Of a stretch of DNA of 35,239 nt, positions 7,776-14,836 are shown piece by piece. Made by a program: the position numbers and the translations under genes. The notes under the pieces were generated by a model. That model made no database searches and was not told where the DNA came from. It saw nothing but the letters and a program-made list of their open reading frames with translations. The stretch lies in contig JBKPGZ010000021.1 in NCBI GenBank assembly GCA_046729675.1, positions 1 through 35,239 on the forward strand, given 5' to 3'. Every line of letters begins with the position of its first letter. The stretch's first letter is position 1. Source of the stretch: Gemmatimonadota bacterium (GTDB lineage: Bacteria; Gemmatimonadota; Gemmatimonadetes; Gemmatimonadales; GWC2-71-9).

Positions 7776-8604
7776 CAGGTGTGGGCTGATCCGTGGCCCG
7801 TCGGCCCGGTTGCTGATCCTGCCGCCGCTCGACCTCTCCCCCCTCGCGCCGCTCGACCCGGTCCGTTTGCAGCTCCACCACCCGGAACGGCGGCTGATCC
7901 GGAAAGCTCCGGTGCAGCAGCGCGAGCGACACGTTGTAGACCTTCACCCCGCCCACCGTCTTCCCCTCGAGCGTCCCGTGGTGCGCGTGCCCGTGGAACA
8001 CGGCGTCCACCGGGTAGCGAATCAGCGGCTCCTCCAGCCGGCTCGAGCCGAGGTAGGGATAGATCTCCTTCGGCTCGCCCTCGACAGTGCCCGCGATCGG
8101 CGAGTAGTGCAGCAGCACCACGCGCCGCTCGGTCCGCAACTTGCTGAGTGAGGTCTCCAGTTTCAGTGCCTCCTCCACGGCCTCACGGACGAACAGCTTG
8201 ATGATTTCCTCGCCCCATGGCCCCAGGGCGCGGCGGCCGAACCCCCCGGCGAACCCCTTCACACCGGCGAACCCGACCCCGTGGATCTCGACTGCGTCGC
8301 CGCCGTCGAGCACCTGAACGCCCGCCTCGCCCAGAATCCGCCTCAGCTCCGGAACCTTGGCGGACTCGTAGTCATGGTTGCCGAGCACGGCCACGATCGG
8401 CACCCCCACGCTCGCGAGCGCGCGGGCGAGCTGCCGGCCCTCCTCCGGCTCGCCTCGATCGGTGAGGTCCCCGCAGAGAGCGAGCACGTCCGCCAGCTCC
8501 GCAACCTGGGCGAAGAGGGTCTGTACCGGGGGGCCGTATTCCAGCCGGCCCAGATGGATATCGCCGACCGCGGCGATCCGCACCACGCCAGGAGTCTTGA
8601 CCAT
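7651..8604 (-). CDS. Calcineurin-like metallophosphoesterase
   Basis: AVGDIH, CGDLTD, VLGNHD, LLHYSP, HGHAHHG metal motifs; ATG 8604; low-complexity 3' tail overlaps the aspA end. Confidence 0.88.
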   Translation of the reverse strand: MVKTPGVVRIAAVGDIHLGRLEYGPPVQTLFAQVAELADVLALCGDLTDRGEPEEGRQLARALASVGVPIVAVLGNHDYESAKVPELRRILGEAGVQVLDGGDAVEIHGVGFAGVKGFAGGFGRRALGPWGEEIIKLFVREAVEEALKLETSLSKLRTERRVVLLHYSPIAGTVEGEPKEIYPYLGSSRLEEPLIRYPVDAVFHGHAHHGTLEGKTVGGVKVYNVSLALLHRSFPDQPPFRVVELQTDRVERREGGEVERRQDQQPGRRATDQPTPVIPPESPSLPAPRSPSSPGDRAPLPAPPAATASSSPATASR

Positions 8605-8678
8605 AGGTGCCCCAATCAACCACCCGCCCGGCCGGGCCAGCGGTGATCCCGGGCACAACTCCGTATCGCGGCCTTCCC

Positions 8679-8684
8679 TATGAT
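8679..8684 (+). promoter_or_regulatory. Candidate -10 element for nucleotidyltransferase operon
   Basis: TATGAT in AT-richer intergenic DNA, 25 nt upstream of ATG 8710; no clear -35. Confidence 0.35.
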
Positions 8685-8709
8685 GAGGGTCCCCTCTAGG
8701 GAGAGCCGG

Positions 8710-9510
8710 ATGGGGCTGTCGCCCACCCATAGCATGGTCGAGACCCCGTCCCGCGAGTTCTTTCGCGAGGCGATGGACCTCCTCTCGCGCACCCACATCC
8801 CATTCCTGGTCGGCGGGACATTCGCCTTCGTCCACCAGGCCGGCATCGACCGCTCCACCAAGGATCTCGACATCTTTGTCCGGCCCGCCGACGTGCAGCG
8901 GCTCCTCCGCGCTTCCGCCGATGCGGGCTACGAGGCGGACCTGGTCTACTCCCACTGGCTGGCGAAGATCCGTTCCCCCTCGGGATTCGTGGACGTGATC
9001 TTCAGCTCGGGGAACGGCGTCGCCGTGGTGGACGACCAGTGGTTCGAACACGCCACCGAGCGCGAGGTCCTCGGCGTCAAGGGGCTGGTGGCCCCGCCGG
9101 AGGAGAGCATCTGGTCCAAGGCCTTCGTGATGGAGCGCGACCGCTTCGACGGCGCCGACGTCGCCCACATCCTCCTGTCCGTGGGCGACCAGCTCGACTG
9201 GCGCCGCCTGATCGTGCGCTTCGGACCGCATTGGCGGGTGCTGCTCGCCCACCTGGTGCTGTTCGGGTTCATCTATCCGAGCGAGCGCTCCAAGGTGCCG
9301 GCCGAGGTGATCGAGGAGCTGACGAAGCGGCTCGCGACGGAGACCCGCTCCCCGGATGCCCAGGACCCGGTCTGCTACGGCACCCTGCTCTCCTGGTCCC
9401 AGTACCTCGGCGACGTGCTCGGCGGTTCGTTCCGCGACGCCAGGATCCGCCCCTACGGCAACCTCACCCCCGAGGAGGTGGCCCGCTGGACGTCGGCTGA
9501 GAAGAAGTAG
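8710..9510 (+). CDS. Nucleotidyltransferase (Pol-beta superfamily) family protein
   Basis: FLVGGTFAF....DRSTKDLDIFV (hGG...DxD), third Asp in FVDVIF; GGGAGAG RBS; alternative start 8734. Confidence 0.8.
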   Translation: MGLSPTHSMVETPSREFFREAMDLLSRTHIPFLVGGTFAFVHQAGIDRSTKDLDIFVRPADVQRLLRASADAGYEADLVYSHWLAKIRSPSGFVDVIFSSGNGVAVVDDQWFEHATEREVLGVKGLVAPPEESIWSKAFVMERDRFDGADVAHILLSVGDQLDWRRLIVRFGPHWRVLLAHLVLFGFIYPSERSKVPAEVIEELTKRLATETRSPDAQDPVCYGTLLSWSQYLGDVLGGSFRDARIRPYGNLTPEEVARWTSAEKK

Positions 9511-9524
9511 ATATTCCAGCCACG

Positions 9525-9983
9525 ATGCGGGTTACGACCTGGACCGAGTACAGCCTCATCATCTCCCTCCACCTCGCCAAGCGGAGGCGTACGGGCACCG
9601 GCCCGGTCGCGGCCCGCGAGCTGGCGGACGCAGAGAAGCTCCCCGCCGATTACGTGGAGCAGATTCTGCTGCGGCTCCGCCGGGCCGGTCTCGTCGAGAG
9701 CGTTCGCGGGGCCAAGGGCGGCTACCTCCTCGCCCGGCACCCCTCGGCCATCTCCGTTCGCGACGTCATGACCGCGTCCGAGCACCAGACCTTCGAGGTC
9801 AACTGCGCCAGCCACCCGGTGGACGCCGAGCGATGTAGCCCGGTCTCCACCTGTAGCATCAGGCCGGTGTGGCATGCTCTCCAGCAGCGGGTGGACGAAC
9901 TGTTGGCCGGCATCTCCCTGGCGGACCTGATGAAAGAGGAGGCACAGGTTCAGGAGCTGGTCGGGATCTCATCGGCGAGTTAG
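9525..9983 (+). CDS. Rrf2 family transcriptional regulator (IscR/CymR-like)
   Basis: EYSL, YVEQILLRLRRAGLVESVRGAKGGYLLAR wHTH; three Cys (NC..RC..TC) like Fe-S-binding members. Confidence 0.92.
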   Translation: MRVTTWTEYSLIISLHLAKRRRTGTGPVAARELADAEKLPADYVEQILLRLRRAGLVESVRGAKGGYLLARHPSAISVRDVMTASEHQTFEVNCASHPVDAERCSPVSTCSIRPVWHALQQRVDELLAGISLADLMKEEAQVQELVGISSAS

Positions 9984-10007
9984 CCGCGCGCGAGTCCGCG
10001 TGTGCTG

Positions 10008-10039
10008 GAGCCCGACCGGCCGGTCGGGTTTTTCATTTT
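10008..10039 (+). terminator. Rho-independent terminator-like hairpin between rrf2 and cysM
   Basis: GAGCCCGACC-GGCC-GGTCGGGTTT followed by TTCATTTT, directly before the cysM RBS GGAGG. Confidence 0.65.
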
Positions 10040-10049
10040 GGAGGTCGCG

Positions 10050-10979
10050 ATGACCGCGGTTCGAGAGCCGTCCGTGTCGCAGGAGCCCGCGCTGTGGAGC
10101 CTGGTGGGGAACACGCCCCTCCTGCCGGTGCGGTTTCCGGGCGAGGGCCCCGGCCGCCTCTGGCTCAAGGCCGAGTGGCTCAACCCTGGCGGCAGCGTCA
10201 AGGATCGGGCGGCGAGGGCCATCCTCCGGGAGGGCCTCGCCCGAGGGGAGCTGCCCGGGAAGCGGCTGCTGGACGCCTCCAGCGGGAACACCGGCATCGC
10301 CTACGCCATGCTCGGCGCCGCGGCGGGTGTGAAGGTGACGATCTGTCTGCCCGGCAACGCCAGCCCCGAGCGCTGGTCACTGCTCCGGATCTATGGCGCC
10401 GAGGTGGTGGTGACGGACCGGCTGGACGGCACGGAGGGCGCGGCGCGCAAGGCGCGCGAGCTGGCCGAGTCGATGCCCGAGACGTACTTCTATGCCGACC
10501 AGTACAGCAACACCGCCAATCCCAAGGCGCACCGGGAGACGACCGGTCCGGAGATCTGGGCCCAGACCGGCGGTCGCCTGACCCATTTCGTCGCCGCGAT
10601 GGGAACGACGGGAACCATGATGGGGACCGGCCGCTTCTTGAAAGAGAAGAACTCGGGGATCACGCTGGTCGGGGTCCAGCCGGATTCGCCGTTCCACGGC
10701 CTGGAGGGCCTGAAGCACCTGGCGACGACGCCCAACCCTCCCGCCCTCTACGATCCGGCGGTGCCCGACCGGGTGGCCGAGATTCCGACGGAGGCGGCGG
10801 ATCGCACGGCACGATGGCTGGCCCGCGAATCGGGCATTCTGATCGGGTGGTCGGCGGGCGCGGCGGTCGCCGCGGCTCTCGACGTGCTCAAGGCGGAGCC
10901 GGATGCACAGGTGGTCGTGATCGGCTGTGATACCGGCACGCGCTACATCAGCGAGCCGCATCGGTGGACCGGCCGGTGA
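10050..10979 (+). CDS. cysM: PLP-dependent cysteine synthase (CysM-type)
   Basis: VGNTPL, KAEWLNPGGSVKDR (PLP Lys), ASSGNTG, DQYSN..NP..H..TTGPEI, MGTTGT, CDTGTRY; GGAGG RBS. Confidence 0.85.
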   Translation: MTAVREPSVSQEPALWSLVGNTPLLPVRFPGEGPGRLWLKAEWLNPGGSVKDRAARAILREGLARGELPGKRLLDASSGNTGIAYAMLGAAAGVKVTICLPGNASPERWSLLRIYGAEVVVTDRLDGTEGAARKARELAESMPETYFYADQYSNTANPKAHRETTGPEIWAQTGGRLTHFVAAMGTTGTMMGTGRFLKEKNSGITLVGVQPDSPFHGLEGLKHLATTPNPPALYDPAVPDRVAEIPTEAADRTARWLARESGILIGWSAGAAVAAALDVLKAEPDAQVVVIGCDTGTRYISEPHRWTGR

Positions 10980-11407
10980 CTCTCCGAATCTCCGAGGGCC
11001 TGCTGGAGGAGATCCGCCGCTACGGCGAGGGGGCGTATCCCGCGGAGTGCTGCGGCGCGCTGGCGGGCAGAGTGCAAGGGAGCGGCGACAAGGAGGTCGT
11101 GCGGCTGGCACCCGCCGTGAACCGTCGCACCGACGATCCGCACCGCTACCTGATCGAGCCGGACGATCTCCGGCGGCTGGAGGCCGAGTTGCGGGCCGAG
11201 GGGCTCGAGATCGTCGGCTACTATCATTCGCATCCGGACCACCCCGCGGTCCCGTCGGGCTTCGATACCGAGCACGCCTGGCCGTGGTACAGCTATCTGA
11301 TCGTGCGGGTGGAGGGCGGACGCGGTCGCGAGGCGGCCAGCTGGACCCTGGACGACGAGCAACCGCTCATGCGGTCCGAGTCACTCGAAGTGCTCAGCGA
11401 GGTGTGA
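10976..11407 (+). CDS. JAMM/MPN+ metallopeptidase (M67, Mec-like)
   Basis: YPAECCG and YHSHPDHPAVPSGFD (E...HSH..S..D); GTGA overlap with cysM stop. Confidence 0.9.
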   Translation: MTLRISEGLLEEIRRYGEGAYPAECCGALAGRVQGSGDKEVVRLAPAVNRRTDDPHRYLIEPDDLRRLEAELRAEGLEIVGYYHSHPDHPAVPSGFDTEHAWPWYSYLIVRVEGGRGREAASWTLDDEQPLMRSESLEVLSEV

Positions 11408-11409
11408 AC

Positions 11410-12849
11410 ATGTCCGTGACTGTGAGCATCCCCACTCCCCTCCGCAGCTTCACCGGGGGGCGCGAAGCCGTCGAGCTCACCGGCTCCACCGTGGGTGAGG
11501 TCATCGACGGTCTGCTGGCGACGCACGGCGGCCTCAAGCGCCACCTGGTGCAGGAGGACGGCCGGCTCAGGAACTTCGTCAACCTGTACCTCAACGACAC
11601 CGACATCCGTCAGCTCGATTCCACCGACACGCCGGTGCGCGAGGGCGACGTGCTCACCATCGTGCCGAGCATCGCGGGCGGCCGGCCGGCGGTGGAGACG
11701 AAGGAGGAGCTGCCCAAGCTCTCGCACGCGGAGGTGCTGCGGTACTCGCGTCACCTGCTGCTGCCGGAAGTAGGAGTGGAGGGGCAGCGGAAGCTCAAGG
11801 CGGCCCGGGTGCTGACGATCGGCGCCGGCGGCCTCGGCTCCCCGCTCTCGCTCTACCTCGCGGCGGCGGGCGTCGGAACCATCGGCATCGTCGATTTCGA
11901 CGTAGTGGACCTCACCAACCTCCAGCGTCAGATCGTCCACGGCACTTCGACGCTGGGACAGCCGAAGCTCGAGTCGGCCAAGGCGAGGCTCAACGATCTC
12001 AACCCCAACCTGAACGTCGAGAGCCACGAGGCTCGCCTCACCGCCGAGAACGCGCTCGACATCATCCGCGAGTACGACATCGTCGTTGACGGGACCGACA
12101 ACTTCCCGACCCGCTACCTCGTGAATGACGCCTGCGTGCTGCTGGGGAAGCCCAACGTCTACGGCAGCATCTTCCGGTTCGAGGGCCAGGCCTCGGTGTT
12201 CTACGCCAAGGAAGGGCCCTGCTACCGCTGTCTCTACTCCGAGCCGCCACCTCCGGGACTGGTCCCGAGCTGTGCCGAGGGCGGGGTGCTGGGCGTGCTG
12301 CCGGGCATCATCGGCAGCATTCAGGCGCTGGAGACGATCAAGCTGATCATCGGGGCGGGGAACTCGCTCATCGGAAGGCTGGTGCTGTTCGACGCGCTCA
12401 AGCTCCGCTTCCGCGAGCTCAAGCTGCGCAAAGACCCGAGCTGCCCGATATGCGGCGACCACCCCACCATTCATGAGCTGATCGACTACGAGGCCTTCTG
12501 CGGCATCGGCGCCGCCCCGGCCTACCAGGGGCCCGAGGTCGTGGCGGAACAGCTCAAGCAGGAGCGGGACGAGAAGGGCGACGAGCTGGTCCTGATCGAC
12601 GTGCGCGAGCCCCACGAATGGGAGATCGCCCACATCGAGGGCGCCCGACTGATTCCATTGGGCCAGCTCCCCGACCGCATCGGCGAGCTCGACGGCCACG
12701 CGGAGATCGTCACCTACTGCCACAAGGGCGTGCGCTCGATGAAGGCCCTGGAGATCCTGCGGGGCGCGGGCTTCGGGAAAGTGCGGAGCCTGGCGGGTGG
12801 GGTGGACGCGTGGGCGAGTCGGATCGAGCCGGGGATGGCACGGTACTAG
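11410..12849 (+). CDS. moeB: ThiS/MoaD(CysO)-like + MoeB/ThiF E1 + rhodanese fusion (MoeZ-like)
   Basis: aa 1-91 beta-grasp ending IVPSIAGG; RYSRH, GAGGLGS, DFDVVDLTNLQRQ, PCYRC, SCAEGGVLG, CPICG; rhodanese LIDVREPHEW and YCHKGVRS. Confidence 0.9.
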   Translation: MSVTVSIPTPLRSFTGGREAVELTGSTVGEVIDGLLATHGGLKRHLVQEDGRLRNFVNLYLNDTDIRQLDSTDTPVREGDVLTIVPSIAGGRPAVETKEELPKLSHAEVLRYSRHLLLPEVGVEGQRKLKAARVLTIGAGGLGSPLSLYLAAAGVGTIGIVDFDVVDLTNLQRQIVHGTSTLGQPKLESAKARLNDLNPNLNVESHEARLTAENALDIIREYDIVVDGTDNFPTRYLVNDACVLLGKPNVYGSIFRFEGQASVFYAKEGPCYRCLYSEPPPPGLVPSCAEGGVLGVLPGIIGSIQALETIKLIIGAGNSLIGRLVLFDALKLRFRELKLRKDPSCPICGDHPTIHELIDYEAFCGIGAAPAYQGPEVVAEQLKQERDEKGDELVLIDVREPHEWEIAHIEGARLIPLGQLPDRIGELDGHAEIVTYCHKGVRSMKALEILRGAGFGKVRSLAGGVDAWASRIEPGMARY

Positions 12850-12972
12850 GCGGTCGGGCGGTCGGCCGGTCCGGCGGTCGGGTGAGCCCCAGAAGCGACG
12901 ACCCTCCGATGTCCTTGGACACCGGAGGGTCTCCTGTTCTCGGAACACCTGACCGCCCGACCGCCTGCCGCC
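12849..12972. repeat. Inverted arrays of 8-mer GGCGGTCG enclosing a hairpin; possible terminator region
   Basis: Four degenerate GGCGGTCG units (12849-12880), inverted CGACCGCC units (~12950-12972), inner stem GACCCTCCG..TGTCC/GGACA..CGGAGGGTC (12900-12931). Confidence 0.65.
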
Positions 12973-12973
12973 A

Positions 12974-13057
12974 TGCCGAAGGCGGGACTCGAACCCGCAC
13001 GGGCTTGCGCCCACTGCGCCCTGAACGCAGCGCGTCTACCAGTTCCACCACTTCGGC
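12974..13057 (-). tRNA. tRNA-Leu (CAG)
   Basis: GCCGAAG acceptor stem, TGGTAGAC D-loop, anticodon arm CTGCG-TTCAGGG-CGCAG, long variable arm, GGTTCGAGTCC T-loop, discriminator A; CCA not encoded. Confidence 0.96.
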
Positions 13058-13067
13058 GAAGTGGCGC

Positions 13068-13096
13068 AAGCTAGTGCCGCGACAGAGGCCGGTCAA
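13068..13096 (-). promoter_or_regulatory. Sigma70-type promoter for tRNA-Leu
   Basis: TTGACC-17 nt-TAGCTT, 10 nt upstream of the tRNA 5' end. Confidence 0.7.
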
Positions 13097-13105
13097 CCCA
13101 CGCCG

Positions 13106-13134
13106 TTGACCGGTCCGAAGTGGTGGCCTATCCT
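13106..13134 (+). promoter_or_regulatory. Sigma70-type promoter for smpB operon
   Basis: TTGACC-17 nt-TATCCT, 17 nt upstream of the smpB GTG. Confidence 0.7.
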
Positions 13135-13151
13135 TTGCTTAGGATCCCCAC

Positions 13152-13652
13152 GTGAGCCGCGATTCATCCCCCCAGGCCGAGCGCCGTAAGTCGGTCGCCA
13201 GGAACCCCAAGGCGACCCACGACTACCACATCCTGGAGACGTGGGAGTCCGGTATCGTCCTCACCGGGACCGAGGTGAAGTCACTCCGAAACGGCAAGGC
13301 GTCCATCAAGGAGGCCTATGCCCGCGTCCGGAACGGAGAGGTCTTCCTCGAAGGGATGAACATCACGCCCTACGAGCAGGGCAACCGCTACAATCACGAT
13401 CCGGTCCGCACCCGGAAGCTTCTCCTTCACCGCCGCGAGATCGAGAAGCTGATCGGCGGGGTGGAGCAGAAGGGGCTGACCCTGATCCCGCTCGAGCTCT
13501 ACTTCAAGGATGGGCGGGCGAAGGTCGCGCTCGCCCTCGGTCGGGGCAAGAAGCTCCACGACAAGCGCGAGACGCTCAAGCGCCGGGCGTCGGAGCGCGA
13601 GGCGGCGCGGGACGTGTCGCGGGGACTCTCTCGCGCCGCGAAGGACGGCTGA
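13152..13652 (+). CDS. smpB: SsrA-binding protein
   Basis: [57 protein letters not shown]. Confidence 0.97.
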   Translation: MSRDSSPQAERRKSVARNPKATHDYHILETWESGIVLTGTEVKSLRNGKASIKEAYARVRNGEVFLEGMNITPYEQGNRYNHDPVRTRKLLLHRREIEKLIGGVEQKGLTLIPLELYFKDGRAKVALALGRGKKLHDKRETLKRRASEREAARDVSRGLSRAAKDG

Positions 13653-14836
13653 TGCTCGCGGCGCTCGTCCTCACGATCGCGGCCGCAGCCGCGCCCGGCC
13701 AGATCACGATCGCCGGGGCGCGGGGGGTGGCAACCGTCGCAGTCCGTACCGATCCCGTCGGCGCCCCGGTCATCTCGGCACCGCAGCTCGCCGCCGCGCT
13801 GGGAGGAGCGGTCCGGATGCAGGACGACTGGGTCGAGGTGGTCGTGGCCCGCCAGGCGTTCCGCTTCCTGGTCGGCGCTCCGCTCTTCCAGTTCAGCAGC
13901 CAGCTCCATCCGCTCGCCAACGGCGTCTGGCTGTCGCGCGATACGGTCTATGTGCCCTTTCAGTTCGTCGCCGAGGTCATTCCCTACTATCTCGGTGAGC
14001 GCTACCGCTACGACGCGCGCGCCGCACGGCTGGAGGATATCGTCGCCAAGCCCTCGGCGGCGAAGGCGGCCAAGCCCGCGGACCGTCTGCCCAACGGCCT
14101 GCGTCCCGGTCACGTGGTGACCATCGACCCCGGTCACGGGGGCGTGGACCCCGGCAACCCCGGGGTCTACTTTCCCCGCGGCGTCCGGGAGAAGGACGTG
14201 GTGCTGCAGATCGGCGTGCTGCTTCGCGAAGAGTTGCAGAAGCGGGGCGTGGGCGTCCGGATGACGCGCACTACCGACACGTTGATCGCGCTGGGAGACC
14301 GCGGGCCGTTCTGCACCGCGGCCTGCGATCTGTTTGTGAGCCTGCACGTGAACTCGCTCGCCCGCCGGCGCGGCTACACCGAAGTCCGAGGCTACGAGAC
14401 GTACTTCCTGGCCGAAGCCCGGACCGAGGACGCGGCCCGCGTGGCGCAGATGGAGAACGACGCCGTCCGCTTCGAGACCGGCGAGTCCGACGGCCCCAGG
14501 ACCGAGGGGCTCGACTTCATCCTCAAGGATCTGCAGCTGAATGAGCATCTCCGTGAGTCGGCCCGCGCCGCCGAGCTGGTACAGAAGAAGCTGGGCACCG
14601 CGCACACCGGGTTGGATCGCGGCGTGAAGCAGGCGGGATTCAAGGTGCTCACCACGGCCCGGCGTCCCGCCATCCTCGTCGAGCTGGGCTACAGCACCAA
14701 TCCGCAGGACGGACGCCTGCTCACCTTGCGCAAGAGCCAGCGGGCCATGGCCGTCGCCATCGCCGACGCCATCGTGAACTACCTGCGGGACTACGAGCGC
14801 AAGACCGCTGGGATCGAGGCCGGAGGTGCCCAGTGA
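13652..14836 (+). CDS. N-acetylmuramoyl-L-alanine amidase (Amidase_3), signal peptide
   Basis: Signal [14 protein letters not shown]; IDPGHGG.DPG, EKD, MTR..D, FVSLHVN, GYETY, AILVELGY; TGATG coupling to smpB. Confidence 0.92.
   Translation: MLAALVLTIAAAAAPGQITIAGARGVATVAVRTDPVGAPVISAPQLAAALGGAVRMQDDWVEVVVARQAFRFLVGAPLFQFSSQLHPLANGVWLSRDTVYVPFQFVAEVIPYYLGERYRYDARAARLEDIVAKPSAAKAAKPADRLPNGLRPGHVVTIDPGHGGVDPGNPGVYFPRGVREKDVVLQIGVLLREELQKRGVGVRMTRTTDTLIALGDRGPFCTAACDLFVSLHVNSLARRRGYTEVRGYETYFLAEARTEDAARVAQMENDAVRFETGESDGPRTEGLDFILKDLQLNEHLRESARAAELVQKKLGTAHTGLDRGVKQAGFKVLTTARRPAILVELGYSTNPQDGRLLTLRKSQRAMAVAIADAIVNYLRDYERKTAGIEAGGAQ

Noticed and set aside
7768-7780. 13-nt match CGGGATGACAGGT to the end of the REP-like element at the aspA stop
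   Set aside because: No partner arm and short; may be chance, although a remnant cannot be excluded
8605-9252. Upstream extension of the 533-aa phosphoesterase ORF
   Set aside because: Antisense to the nucleotidyltransferase; the domain begins at ATG 8604
10927-11409. N-terminal 161 aa of the 640-aa ORF
   Set aside because: Overlaps the JAMM gene in another frame; the real start is ATG 11410 after GAGGTG
12850-13150. tRNA/smpB as an integration site for an island, or tmRNA next to smpB
   Set aside because: No integrase, no duplicated tRNA 3' end, no compositional shift, and no ssrA-like sequence seen
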